From positions 1 to 55,056 of the IMG/VR virus record IMGVR_UViG_3300020396_000292: 55,056 nt of DNA; one strand, 5' to 3'. Source of the stretch: a virus. Lineage: Duplodnaviria; Caudoviricetes. Positions 46,515 to 55,056 of the stretch are shown piece by piece (the stretch's first letter is position 1; every line of letters begins with the position of its first letter). Made by a program: the position numbers and the translations under genes. The notes under the pieces were generated by a model, which made no database searches, was not told where the DNA came from, and worked only from the letters and a program-made list of their open reading frames with translations.

Positions 46515-46828
46515 TGTAGTGTTTTTTTAATTAAATATAAGTCTAAATATGTATCAGAATCTATAATATCTAAGTCGATGTATATAGTATTCTCTCCTTC
46601 TTCTTTCACATACTCAACAGAAAAAAAAACTGGAGGCTCTATCTCGTATGTTACACCAGCAACAATACCTGTGCTAAAAATAGTGATGGGAAGTGTGTCG
46701 GCATTAAGTTCTATCTGAGACGCTATGTCCATGGCCAACTCCTCAGGCATCTCTCTAAGAATCTCAACAAAATTCTCTTCAACCTCATACTCAATCTCAC
46801 CCTCTATAAACCTCAACCTGTACTCCAT
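46487..46828 (-). CDS. Acidic hypothetical protein
   Basis: 113 aa ORF overlapping both neighbours. Confidence 0.6.
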   Translation of the reverse strand: MEYRLRFIEGEIEYEVEENFVEILREMPEELAMDIASQIELNADTLPITIFSTGIVAGVTYEIEPPVFFSVEYVKEEGENTIYIDLDIIDSDTYLDLYLIKKTLQWIKKPGLK

Positions 46829-47036
46829 GCTTCTTTAGTTCTTTTAATCTATATTCCTGTAGTGCAGACACCTTTCCCTTAGCTGTTTTAACTTCGCTAA
46901 ATATAACACCGCAGTTAGGTGGTATAGCAACAAGGTCGGGTATCCCATTCTTGTTTGTTTTAATAAGCTTAATCACATAATAACCTTCAGCCTCAAGCTG
47001 TTTAATTCTCTTCGCCTGTATCTTCTGTTCTGTCAT
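46797..47036 (-). CDS. VRR-NUC domain nuclease (resolvase-like)
   Basis: EQKIQ...NKNGIPDL...FSEVK...GKVSALQ. Confidence 0.88.
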   Translation of the reverse strand: MTEQKIQAKRIKQLEAEGYYVIKLIKTNKNGIPDLVAIPPNCGVIFSEVKTAKGKVSALQEYRLKELKKHGVQVEVYRG

Positions 47037-47410
47037 TTATGTTTTATAAAGTTACTAATTTCTTTTATAGGAATCAGTACAGCCATGGATGTATTGTCGT
47101 CACCCATCGCCTTTACTTTCCCTTGCTTAAAGTATTCTCTAGATACTCTCTTAAGTAACTGCGTCTCAAATACATACATAACTTTGTCCTGATATTCTTT
47201 TGAGAATATTATTATCCAGTAGTCTGCCTGAGTTGTTGCTATCCCTGATGGCTTGCCTCTGCTCTCGTACTCTATAGCTATATTGCCTGACCTTCCAACC
47301 CAGCTATCTCTTTTAACCTCAACTAATTTATCTTTGAATAATGAATCAACAATTCTTTCTCCTTCCTTTCCTATCTCAAGGTCGTATCTAAAATCATTAT
47401 TGAAGTTCAT
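47033..47410 (-). CDS. PD-(D/E)xK-family nuclease-like protein
   Basis: VEVKRD....SGNIAIEYESRGKPSGIATTQADYW. Confidence 0.7.
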   Translation of the reverse strand: MNFNNDFRYDLEIGKEGERIVDSLFKDKLVEVKRDSWVGRSGNIAIEYESRGKPSGIATTQADYWIIIFSKEYQDKVMYVFETQLLKRVSREYFKQGKVKAMGDDNTSMAVLIPIKEISNFIKHK

Positions 47411-47612
47411 CTTTCTCTTTGTGTTCGGGGTGATGCTCAGGCCACAGCCTTCTTGTCATATCTTCCTGGCTTTCTTCTGAAGGCCATTCTTTTTTTCCCC
47501 TATCTTTTAAAACACCAGGCTCCCAATCTTCAGGCCATAGCCTTCTACCTATTGCTTTTCCTACTACCATTACTATCCAGGCTATAGTTAGCCAACCAAT
47601 TGCTTCTATCAT
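47397..47612 (-). CDS. Small membrane protein with repeated RRLWPE motif
   Basis: N-terminal hydrophobic helix; RRLWPE twice plus KKEWPS. Confidence 0.6.
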   Translation of the reverse strand: MIEAIGWLTIAWIVMVVGKAIGRRLWPEDWEPGVLKDRGKKEWPSEESQEDMTRRLWPEHHPEHKEKDELQ

Positions 47613-47617
47613 TGTAT

Positions 47618-48856
47618 TTAATTTAAAGTTAATAAATCTTTTTTAAAGTGACGCAAGGTGTAGTCCTTTTTCTTTGTCACCGCTTTGTATATCTGTTTCT
47701 CTATGCCACCTTTAGCAAACACCCAGAAAATTTTACTAAGCTTACTGTCCTTAGTGGTCATCCTATCTCGGCTTTGCCAGTAGCTTGTCGCACTAAAGTC
47801 TATGTTGTAGTACACCAGATACTCTGCGTTACGTAAACTAATTCCCTCCCTTCCACTCACTATCTGTAGTGCTATGGTCTTGTCTGTGGAATCAAACTCG
47901 TCTACCTCTGTGCAGAGCTGGTCGCCATACACTTCCTTCAAAGCGTTTAGTTCCTGCTTAAACTTATAGAATATTCCTACCTTCATTAAGCAAAAGTTAT
48001 CGTATATAAACTGAGCCTTGCTTAGGTCTAGTATCATAGAACTTCCACTTTCAAACTTTACAGTCCCACTATATATCTGATGAAGCTTCATCATAAGTTT
48101 CACTGGTGTGTCCGCAAGTATAACCTCATCCTTACCTTCAACAACTAAATTCTTTTGAAGCTTTGAAGTTATGTTATACGTTGACTCACTCATCTCCACC
48201 TCCAGCACCTCCTCTACAATATCATTCTCAAACCCTGCCTCCTTCTGTGTATAAGATATGGTGTATGGTTTCATCTTCTGAATTATAGAGTCGTGGCCTC
48301 TGGTGTAGTCCCTTATGTACATGCTGTTTATCTTCTTCTCTTTAACATCTACGTAGTCATGAGAGAACTTATAAAAACTAGAGTACTGTCTAAAAGGATT
48401 CTTTGGAATACCATACACCTGGTGGTACATCTGACTGTACGACTCAGGTGTTGGTGTTCCTGACAACAAACAGACGTCACAGCCTGTCTTACTTATAATA
48501 GTTCTAACATCCTTAGCTCTCTTGTTAGGCTTTGGAAACGCGCCCATGCCATGGGCTTCGTCAAGAATAATACAATCCCACTTTATGTTAGGTAGTTTAT
48601 GCATGCTCTCGTAGTTTATAACAAACAAAACAAAAGATGTTGGGCACATCATATCGTTGTCGTGTGTTATAGAACTAATAGCCTTCTTCTTTGTAAGGAA
48701 CAAAACATTTTCGTACCCCATCTTCTCTGCTATACCAAGGCTAGTCAAGGTCTTACCTGTCCTAACCTCCATGGCTAGATAAAGAAATCCTTTTTCAGAT
48801 ATTATCTTAACGCCATCATCAATAATCTTTTGTTGGTAGTCTCTAAACTGTATCAT
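47618..48856 (-). CDS. Superfamily 2 (SNF2-like) helicase
   Basis: FRDYQ, VRTGKT, IILDEAH, LSGTP, GREGISL, QSRDR. Confidence 0.9.
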   Translation of the reverse strand: MIQFRDYQQKIIDDGVKIISEKGFLYLAMEVRTGKTLTSLGIAEKMGYENVLFLTKKKAISSITHDNDMMCPTSFVLFVINYESMHKLPNIKWDCIILDEAHGMGAFPKPNKRAKDVRTIISKTGCDVCLLSGTPTPESYSQMYHQVYGIPKNPFRQYSSFYKFSHDYVDVKEKKINSMYIRDYTRGHDSIIQKMKPYTISYTQKEAGFENDIVEEVLEVEMSESTYNITSKLQKNLVVEGKDEVILADTPVKLMMKLHQIYSGTVKFESGSSMILDLSKAQFIYDNFCLMKVGIFYKFKQELNALKEVYGDQLCTEVDEFDSTDKTIALQIVSGREGISLRNAEYLVYYNIDFSATSYWQSRDRMTTKDSKLSKIFWVFAKGGIEKQIYKAVTKKKDYTLRHFKKDLLTLN

Positions 48857-51270
48857 AATAATGAGGTTTGAATGTTAACTTCGTCTGCTCTTTTTAATCT
48901 CATCCATCTACCTGTAGCATCTCTACCCTTTTCAGGTTGAGCTCCAGTTTTATACACTGCATAAGCGGTAAGCCACTTATTAAATTTAACCTGTGATATA
49001 GATAGTCTAGACTTTGGTCCGTAGTCTGGGTACTCTGATATAAAATCCTGATACAAAGTATTAGTGTGAATCCTTGAATCAATATATATGTTAGCACTCA
49101 TCTCGCTCCCTGCTATTAATCCTAGCCACTCAATAAAATCGTGTGAAGACTCAGCAGATAGCTGTCGTATCTTAAGGTTTACAAATTTACTCTTGACCAA
49201 CCCTGTCTCTAGGTATCCCATCATACAGCCTACCATATAGTTGTCAAACTTACACCAGTCATCATCGTTCCAGTCTCCAAACATTAGCTTACCGAACTCA
49301 TCAATAGGGGTATAGTTTTTGTTGTAGTGTTGATGTAGTTCAAGCTCCCACTTTCTTCTAGCAAAAGAATTACCTGCACCCTTGATAGCGTAGTTGGTTG
49401 TGATAGAAATCTTAGGCGACTTACTGAAAGGAATTTTAATTGCATCCTTGTTTTTCTTTTCAAGTGTAAGACCTTCAGTTACCACAGAAAACAATCTCTC
49501 AAAATCAAAACCTTTTTTTACATCATCGAACACAAGTATCTGAGTGTCAGCTGATACAAGCTGGTACGCAAAGGCTCTTTCAAAAGTAAAAGACTTTCCA
49601 TCTATAGTCACCACCTTCTTCATCTTCTGTAGGGCATTCATAAACAATCCCTTACCTGTTCCTCCCTCTGGGTTATCGCTTATAACCTCATCGTTTAGAA
49701 TTATTGCTGGGCAGTATGATAAATTCTTATACCCATGCAGAAGGAAACCTATAGTAGACTCCATTGATTTAATTCTACCATCATCAGAAGCACATATATT
49801 TTTTATAAACTGTTTGTAGTCGCAGTCACCTACCTCACACTTGTTAAACACCCTATCAATGACGTGGTCTTTCCAAACAAAACCATTTAGGTCTATGTAA
49901 TCTATAACCTCTACATCATCTTTTGTTACCTTGATAGCGCAGTTGCTATAGTAAAGGTATGAGGTGGTCTTGTTGTCCTCAACAAAGTAGATGTCAATCG
50001 TTGATAGAAGTGTCAGGAAATCCTCTCTAAAGTACCTCACCTGGTCTGCAAAGTGATTGTATATTGATGCATCGTCCAGCTCTATAACGCTGTTCAATAC
50101 AAAATCTTTTATATACTTCTCATCTGTATGGTCAACCAGGTTGTTGGTCACCTTAACAAACACATAGTTCTTACTACCCTCTGGGCTGTACTTATAAAAG
50201 CCATTGTCCTCAAGGAACTGCTTGAATAGTATATGCACTATCTTTATTACACCCTTGTCTGATTTAGTCCAGAATTGTTTCTGTTCGTTCTCCTCTTCAA
50301 CCCTGTTAAGTACAGCCTCTATTACCCTTGGCTCTATGTGGCTGTCCTCTAGCTGTGATTTGATTTTCTTTTTAGACTCACCCCTCCTAAGCTTTACTCT
50401 TATGTTGTTGACTCTCTCCTCATCCTCATAGTATTTTGTACCATGGTTTTGTGTCTGAGCATAGGCCGAACTTATCGTCTGGTTTATTTCTGTCTCTGTA
50501 AAGTCTGAAGTTCTATAGTTCTGTAGTACATATCCAGCTAAAGATTTATTAATACCGAAGTCGTTAAACGCTGAGGCTAATATAAAACAGTTGTTGTTTC
50601 TCTGCCCCTCAACCATTGGGTACTTCTTTACCCACCACTTCACAAGTATCTCTACTATTTTATTCTCATCTGTGATTGGTATTGTAGGCATATCTAACCT
50701 GCTGTTTACCTCAGTGTATTCCTTCTCCTTAATCTCTTCCCATACACTAGAGTTTTTATTTACATATATCAAAGGGTCGTAAGACTCGTAACAAACCCTT
50801 GAAATATTTTTACATGTAGTATCAAAGTGTGGGTTATTGAAGTGCATCTCAAGACTATTAAAATAGTTTACATGATTGTCAATGTCCTGAGGTATTTTAA
50901 CCAGAGCTTTTAATCCCTTACCCGAAGGAGATATAAACACTGAGTATATAAAATTACTTTTAGTTAGCTTCTCTTTGTCTGTTAGGAGTTCTTTGTTGTT
51001 CTCATACCCATCAAAATCTAGGCATATAAAACCTGAGTGCTGGATGATTGATGAGTCGTTACGCTTATTGAATGTGCCTGAGAAACATATTGCTGGTAGG
51101 TTTTTCTTTAGCTCGTTTCTCTGTGACTTGTCTTTCTCTGTGCGAATTCTTTTAACTAAGTCCTTTGAGGCTCCGCTTTTTATTCTATCAATAATAAACT
51201 CTAAGCTCCTAAAGAAAGGAGTTGAGGTCTCTTTAATGTTCTGAAAAATTGTGATTTCTTTTGCTGTCAT
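48853..51270 (-). CDS. Primase-helicase (BT4734/VirE-N primase domain, PriCT, P-loop NTPase)
   Basis: K..LPAICFSGTF, HSGFICLDFD, FISPSGKGLK, R.CYESYDP, EGQRNN, EGGTGKG, VFDDV, ITTNY. Confidence 0.9.
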   Translation of the reverse strand: MTAKEITIFQNIKETSTPFFRSLEFIIDRIKSGASKDLVKRIRTEKDKSQRNELKKNLPAICFSGTFNKRNDSSIIQHSGFICLDFDGYENNKELLTDKEKLTKSNFIYSVFISPSGKGLKALVKIPQDIDNHVNYFNSLEMHFNNPHFDTTCKNISRVCYESYDPLIYVNKNSSVWEEIKEKEYTEVNSRLDMPTIPITDENKIVEILVKWWVKKYPMVEGQRNNNCFILASAFNDFGINKSLAGYVLQNYRTSDFTETEINQTISSAYAQTQNHGTKYYEDEERVNNIRVKLRRGESKKKIKSQLEDSHIEPRVIEAVLNRVEEENEQKQFWTKSDKGVIKIVHILFKQFLEDNGFYKYSPEGSKNYVFVKVTNNLVDHTDEKYIKDFVLNSVIELDDASIYNHFADQVRYFREDFLTLLSTIDIYFVEDNKTTSYLYYSNCAIKVTKDDVEVIDYIDLNGFVWKDHVIDRVFNKCEVGDCDYKQFIKNICASDDGRIKSMESTIGFLLHGYKNLSYCPAIILNDEVISDNPEGGTGKGLFMNALQKMKKVVTIDGKSFTFERAFAYQLVSADTQILVFDDVKKGFDFERLFSVVTEGLTLEKKNKDAIKIPFSKSPKISITTNYAIKGAGNSFARRKWELELHQHYNKNYTPIDEFGKLMFGDWNDDDWCKFDNYMVGCMMGYLETGLVKSKFVNLKIRQLSAESSHDFIEWLGLIAGSEMSANIYIDSRIHTNTLYQDFISEYPDYGPKSRLSISQVKFNKWLTAYAVYKTGAQPEKGRDATGRWMRLKRADEVNIQTSLL

Positions 51271-51287
51271 GCTGTGTTTGATTTAAT

Positions 51288-51435
51288 TGTGTCGAGTTTG
51301 TGTCGAGTTTGTGTCGCTTAACTCACTGATAATCAGTAGCTATGTCGAAGATGTTATCTTTTCTGTCTCGTATAGGGAATAAAAATATAAAAAAGTATTT
51401 AATAATAAACCCAGTATAGAAAAAAATCTTGTCAT
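51288..51435. repeat. Origin-like locus B: 11-bp tandem repeats TGTCGAGTTTG, IHF-like palindrome, AT-rich tract
   Basis: Repeats at 51290, 51301, 51312 (partial); taactcactgataatcagtagcta 51319-51342; atgtcgaagatgttat; A-rich 51379-51427; lies between the SSB and primase genes. Confidence 0.7.
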
Positions 51436-51467
51436 AAAATATAGGGGGTGCTGTTACACACCCCCAG
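51436..51467 (-). terminator. Terminator after the SSB gene
   Basis: gggggtg/caccccc stem, T-rich tail on the minus strand. Confidence 0.65.
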
Positions 51468-51473
51468 TATTTA

Positions 51474-51746
51474 TTAGAACGGTACATCACTCTCATTGCT
51501 TTGAGTTTGTGTTGCCTGTGCCGTTTGCTTTGGCTCAAAGTTATCTACAAACATGTAAGGGTTACCTGCTTTGCTCTCCTTGATACCTACATTTACCCAC
51601 CCATTTTTTGAATTGGATTTTAGAAATGCTACTGCATCATCAACCTTGATACTTAAACTTCCTAGTACAAAATCTTTTTGATTAGGATGTTTCTTTCTGA
51701 ATTTGAAACCGTCTGCGAATACAATTTCGTCTGTGTTTACTGCCAT
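51474..51746 (-). CDS. Putative single-stranded DNA-binding protein
   Basis: Beta-rich core, Q/T linker, acidic tail ending ESDVPF. Confidence 0.7.
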   Translation of the reverse strand: MAVNTDEIVFADGFKFRKKHPNQKDFVLGSLSIKVDDAVAFLKSNSKNGWVNVGIKESKAGNPYMFVDNFEPKQTAQATQTQSNESDVPF

Positions 51747-51748
51747 AA

Positions 51749-51919
51749 TTAATTGTTTAAAATATTTATTTTATGTTCCAATGTTTCTATTGTGGCCATG
51801 ATAATATTATCCTTAGCCTTGCGTGTGTTACAGCTCATCGGAACTTCAAGCCACATCACACTCTTTTTATTATACAGTTTCTTATACTTGTTAAGAAGTA
51901 TCCAATTAAACCTCATCAT
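51749..51919 (-). CDS. Small hypothetical protein (56 aa, MMRFNWILLNKYKK...WLEVPMSC...)
   Basis: Hand-translated; fills the gap between the nuclease and SSB genes. Confidence 0.55.
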   Translation of the reverse strand: MMRFNWILLNKYKKLYNKKSVMWLEVPMSCNTRKAKDNIIMATIETLEHKINILNN

Positions 51920-52637
51920 AAAAATAGAATTGATTTATATCCTCGTCTGGGTTATCACCATAGAATTTTCTATACTGTTCAACAGCCTTTGCAACCTTCT
52001 GTTCTCCGCGTTCTAATGACTCATCACTTACAGAGTACATACCTATCATCTTCGTTGTCTTATCCACAACCAGAAAGACCAGGGGCTTACCAAAAAGTTG
52101 TTGATATATATAGGCTTGGCTATCGTAATTATAATCACGAACACTCCACTTAAATTTATCTATAGCACCTGTTGTTTTGATGTCAAAAATATATTGGGAG
52201 CCTACAATATCTGCTTTACCCTTCCACATTTCCCCATGTATTTCTTTTATCATAGGCACCTCATACTGCACGCCATCTTCCTGTATCAAAGCTCTGATGT
52301 CCTTCACGTTGAGCATACTTTCAACCAGGTCTTCCATCATTAACTTCTCCTTTGTAAGCAGGCCTATCTCTAGATTGTTTTCAGCAATGAATTCTTTGTA
52401 AGCCTTGCTGTTCCTGGAGGCCAGGTCTACATGAGGCGTAGCCTCTGCCTTCTCTGGCTCAAGTATTAACTGATGGAAGTATCTACCTACCAGAAAGTTT
52501 TTGTTGTCCTCTCTAGGTTTCCTAAAGTTCTTAGGGTTTTTAATAAGGTCACCTATATCTGAGTTAGAAAGATAGTTTCTACCCACCCCTGTGTAGTACT
52601 CCTTGTCGTCCTGTAATTGTTTGATGATGTCTTTCAT
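51906..52637 (-). CDS. RecE / exonuclease VIII-like PD-(D/E)xK nuclease (DUF3799-like)
   Basis: YLSNSDI, GRYFHQLILEP, WKGKADI...DIKTT, YDSQAYIY. Confidence 0.85.
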   Translation of the reverse strand: MKDIIKQLQDDKEYYTGVGRNYLSNSDIGDLIKNPKNFRKPREDNKNFLVGRYFHQLILEPEKAEATPHVDLASRNSKAYKEFIAENNLEIGLLTKEKLMMEDLVESMLNVKDIRALIQEDGVQYEVPMIKEIHGEMWKGKADIVGSQYIFDIKTTGAIDKFKWSVRDYNYDSQAYIYQQLFGKPLVFLVVDKTTKMIGMYSVSDESLERGEQKVAKAVEQYRKFYGDNPDEDINQFYFYDEV

Positions 52638-52639
52638 AT

Positions 52640-53275
52640 CTATATTGATTTAGCTATTTCTTTTTTAACTACCGTTGACATTTTGTATTTTGTAGAGAGC
52701 TGTTCCCCTATTGCCTTCAGTCCTTTTGATTTGTTAGCAATTACATACTTCATAACCTTCTCCCAATTATCATCTCCTATCTCTAGGTTTATATGAGTCT
52801 CAACCAATGAAGGCTTGGGGTTTGCTTTTGTTTTCACTGGTTTCTTAGGCACTGGTTTGCTTGCAACAGCACTCATCCCTGTGCTTGGTAAGTCCTCTCC
52901 AGCATACACATAAAGACCAAGTCCATGTCTTGCAATAGCCTTTGTTAAGCTACGCTGTATCGTTTTGTTTACATCAACAGACGATAGCTTATCCATTAAG
53001 ATGGAGTTATTTCTGAAGTCCATTATGGGTAGGTACTCAATGTGTTCTATACCCTCTATGGTTACACCTGTCTTTACCCACGCTGACCTGTTGTCTGTGT
53101 GATAGAACATCCCGTCTACATTCTCATAGATTGTGTACGTTGCGGTAGGGTAGTTCTTCTTTACCTCTGCCCATGCCCATGCCCATGATAGGTATGTTAG
53201 GTTGTTCTTCTTTTCTACCTTGTCGTTTACATTGATAGAGTTCAATGTTTCAAAAACTGATTTTGATTTACTCAT
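52640..53275 (-). CDS. Sak / Rad52-like single-strand annealing protein (DUF1071)
   Basis: LTYLSWAWAW, EYLPIMDFRN, VNKTIQRSLTKAIARHGLGLYVYAGEDLP. Confidence 0.92.
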   Translation of the reverse strand: MSKSKSVFETLNSINVNDKVEKKNNLTYLSWAWAWAEVKKNYPTATYTIYENVDGMFYHTDNRSAWVKTGVTIEGIEHIEYLPIMDFRNNSILMDKLSSVDVNKTIQRSLTKAIARHGLGLYVYAGEDLPSTGMSAVASKPVPKKPVKTKANPKPSLVETHINLEIGDDNWEKVMKYVIANKSKGLKAIGEQLSTKYKMSTVVKKEIAKSI

Positions 53276-53672
53276 GATTGTTTAGTTTTAAATTAATCTT
53301 GTTATATTTTTTTAGTATTCTTTCCCTATGATTTTTTAGGTGCTTTATTTTTTTAGGGTTTTGTTTGTTGTTCATCTCGTACTTAATCTTGTACTCAATA
53401 TCACCTAGTTTTTTTAAGTAAGTATTTATACATAGATTATATACGCCACGCCTCCACCCTTGATTAACAAAGACCATCCTCTCTTCATAAGAAATGTATT
53501 TGTAATAGTCTCCCCCAAGCGCCACGTTTTGAATAACAATATCGCCCAGCTCTTTGTCTTTAGTTATCTTGCAACCCAGGTACATCGTTGAGTCGTGCCC
53601 ATGCCCATCTAAACTAACAGCCATTTCGTCTGTTCTCGCCTCTTGAAAAACATTTTCTAAATTATTGCACAT
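53268..53672 (-). CDS. Hypothetical protein
   Basis: 134 aa ORF in operon. Confidence 0.65.
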   Translation of the reverse strand: MCNNLENVFQEARTDEMAVSLDGHGHDSTMYLGCKITKDKELGDIVIQNVALGGDYYKYISYEERMVFVNQGWRRGVYNLCINTYLKKLGDIEYKIKYEMNNKQNPKKIKHLKNHRERILKKYNKINLKLNNHE

Positions 53673-53959
53673 GATTGTATGGTATTTATTATAGTCGCTA
53701 GGTCTTCGTCATAAGAGAGCCTCTCTTTAACTAATTTTATTCCATGAATAATAGTAGAGTGCCCAACAGAATACCCGTTGTCATCCATGTACTGTTTTAT
53801 ATAACGTACACGCATAGGTCTTTCGGAGCATAGAAAATAAAGTAGATGTCTAGCGTCTACAATATCTCTTCGCTTACTTTTTCTAAACATTTCTTCTTCA
53901 TTGATGTCGAACAGTTCAGATACTTGAGACCTGTACTGTTTAAAAATTGGGTAGTGCAT
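53657..53959 (-). CDS. Second DnaA domain IV-like HTH protein; start probably 53959
   Basis: KSKRRDIVDARHLLYFLC...GHSTIIHGIK resembles DnaA R...I..ARQ.AMYL...DHTTV.H. Confidence 0.75.
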   Translation of the reverse strand: MHYPIFKQYRSQVSELFDINEEEMFRKSKRRDIVDARHLLYFLCSERPMRVRYIKQYMDDNGYSVGHSTIIHGIKLVKERLSYDEDLATIINTIQSCAII

Positions 53960-54167
53960 TTGATTTTTGATTTTTGATTTGTGCTTGAGCATACTCTATG
54001 CCCATAGGTAAACTCTCAAGAAATTTCTCAAGAGTTTGTGCTGTTTCTGTTAAAGATTTTTGATGTGAAGTAACACCAGATAACCAAGACTCGTAGCTTG
54101 AGTCGGCATCTATTCTGTCCACTTCTTCCTGTCGCATGTCCGCGAGAAGCTGTTTAGTTTTTCCCAT
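53940..54167 (-). CDS. Hypothetical protein
   Basis: 75 aa ORF after an intergenic gap. Confidence 0.6.
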   Translation of the reverse strand: MGKTKQLLADMRQEEVDRIDADSSYESWLSGVTSHQKSLTETAQTLEKFLESLPMGIEYAQAQIKNQKSNALPNF

Positions 54168-54240
54168 AATTTATTAGTGTTTAATGAATTGTAAATTTAC
54201 AAAATGTTTATCAATCGTACAACAAATTGATATTAATTTA

Positions 54241-54381
54241 TTATAACTCCAGATATATTTTAGCCCTTGTCCACCAATGGACTTGCTTAAACTCTTCTTC
54301 TGTGTATATGTGTATATTATTTTCTTGGTCTATAACTGCGTGTAACCCAGAGGGTAACACCTTGTGATGTTTTATTTTCAT
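54241..54381 (-). CDS. Small hypothetical protein (46 aa, MKIKHHKVLPSGLH...)
   Basis: Hand-translated; ATGA overlap with the upstream gene. Confidence 0.6.
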   Translation of the reverse strand: MKIKHHKVLPSGLHAVIDQENNIHIYTEEEFKQVHWWTRAKIYLEL

Positions 54382-54686
54382 AGGTGTCCCCCTTCCTGTA
54401 TATCTTCGCACTCATATCTCCACTCTTCCTCTAGGTGATTGTCGCACATGGCCGAGCCATAGTGTAGGTTGGCATCATAGTCTGTGCCAAAGCCGTAGTG
54501 AAAACGCGATGCCTGTAGCTTGTCATCAATCTCTGCTATGTATTTGTCTTGGTTTGTTATGAGGTAGTCTTGAAGGTTTCCATGTTTATTTGTTTTCAAG
54601 TAAGACTCATAGTCAACCTTGTCTACTTCTACTTCTATCTGTGCGTACTTATGGTACACTTGTCTGTGTTGGATTTTTACTTTCAT
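54378..54686 (-). CDS. Hypothetical protein
   Basis: 102 aa ending GGHL. Confidence 0.65.
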   Translation of the reverse strand: MKVKIQHRQVYHKYAQIEVEVDKVDYESYLKTNKHGNLQDYLITNQDKYIAEIDDKLQASRFHYGFGTDYDANLHYGSAMCDNHLEEEWRYECEDIQEGGHL

Positions 54687-54699
54687 AATCTCTAGGTGT

Positions 54700-54819
54700 T
54701 TAGTGGTTTAAATTTTCTATAGTCTCGTCCTGCTCTACCTTATTGTTTAATTGTCTTTGCAGCTCATTTATATATAATTGTGCCTCCCAAGGTAATTGAT
54801 GTATCTCTTCTTTTGTCAT
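54700..54819 (-). CDS. Small hypothetical protein (39 aa)
   Basis: Hand-translated MTKEEIHQLPWEAQLYINELQ... Confidence 0.5.
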   Translation of the reverse strand: MTKEEIHQLPWEAQLYINELQRQLNNKVEQDETIENLNH

Positions 54820-54829
54820 AATAAATAGT

Positions 54830-55056
54830 TTAAATAGTTTTATAAAGTTCTTGTAGTTCTTTTATCCTGTTGTCTGCAAATTTCATAGCATCCTCTCTAC
54901 GTTTTTTGGTGAGTCTCTTGATGCCGTTCTGCGCCTTGTAGTCTTCAAGGTGCATGTCTATCCTGTCCTTAAGCATGCCTTCAATAAGCAACTGCATGCA
55001 TGACCTAAACCTGTAAGACTCCCACGTCCTGTTGATGTATCTTACTTTTCTTTCTC
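54830..55056 (-). CDS. Hypothetical protein, 5-prime end outside the window
   Basis: Open frame ...KVRYINRTWESYRF...ELYKTI ending in TAA. Confidence 0.6.
   Translation of the reverse strand, partial: ERKVRYINRTWESYRFRSCMQLLIEGMLKDRIDMHLEDYKAQNGIKRLTKKRREDAMKFADNRIKELQELYKTI

Noticed and set aside
47329-47336. TATCTTTG on the plus strand inside a minus-strand gene
   Set aside because: No supported gene downstream; treated as a background match, although antisense transcription cannot be excluded
51323-51538. 71-aa minus-strand ORF across locus B
   Set aside because: Runs through a terminator and the AT-rich origin-like tract and overlaps the SSB gene
1498-52401. Numerous 60-140 aa antisense ORFs in the ORF track
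   Set aside because: They lie opposite well-supported genes and show the Ser/Ile/Pro/Phe-rich composition of reverse-frame shadows
1-55056. Stop-codon reassignment, diversity-generating retroelement, intron/intein or integrase
   Set aside because: Long genes are intact under code 11 with all three stops used; no reverse transcriptase, homing endonuclease, intein or recombinase motifs were seen

Overview
The window is most of the genome of an AT-rich tailed phage, very probably a marine Bacteroidota (Flavobacteriia) podovirus-like phage; the host inference rests on recurrent TAnnTTTG -7 promoters and A-rich, SD-less start regions. The + arm (757-44352) carries groEL and groES, a SET-domain gene, about 13 tiny Lys/Arg-rich genes, a lysis cassette, a YadA-repeat fibre, terminase, portal, scaffold, major capsid, tail ring and nozzle genes, and three ejection proteins ending in a 3449-aa giant. 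The - arm (44353-55056) carries replication and recombination genes: metallophosphoesterase, two DnaA-domain-IV-like HTH proteins, VRR-NUC, SF2 helicase, primase-helicase, SSB, RecE-like nuclease and Sak. No DNA polymerase, integrase, tRNA or CRISPR array was seen. The most notable observations are: (1) the giant gene appears to hide extra coding information, namely two +1-frame nested micro-genes (one with a promoter-like motif upstream) and an A10-plus-hairpin recoding-like signal; (2) two distant non-coding loci share an oriC-like layout of 11-bp-period repeats, an IHF-like site and an AT-rich tract; (3) a SET methyltransferase sits beside a cluster of basic micro-proteins; (4) a Flavo-1-like RNA hairpin follows groEL. 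All family assignments are by eye from motifs; no searches were run.
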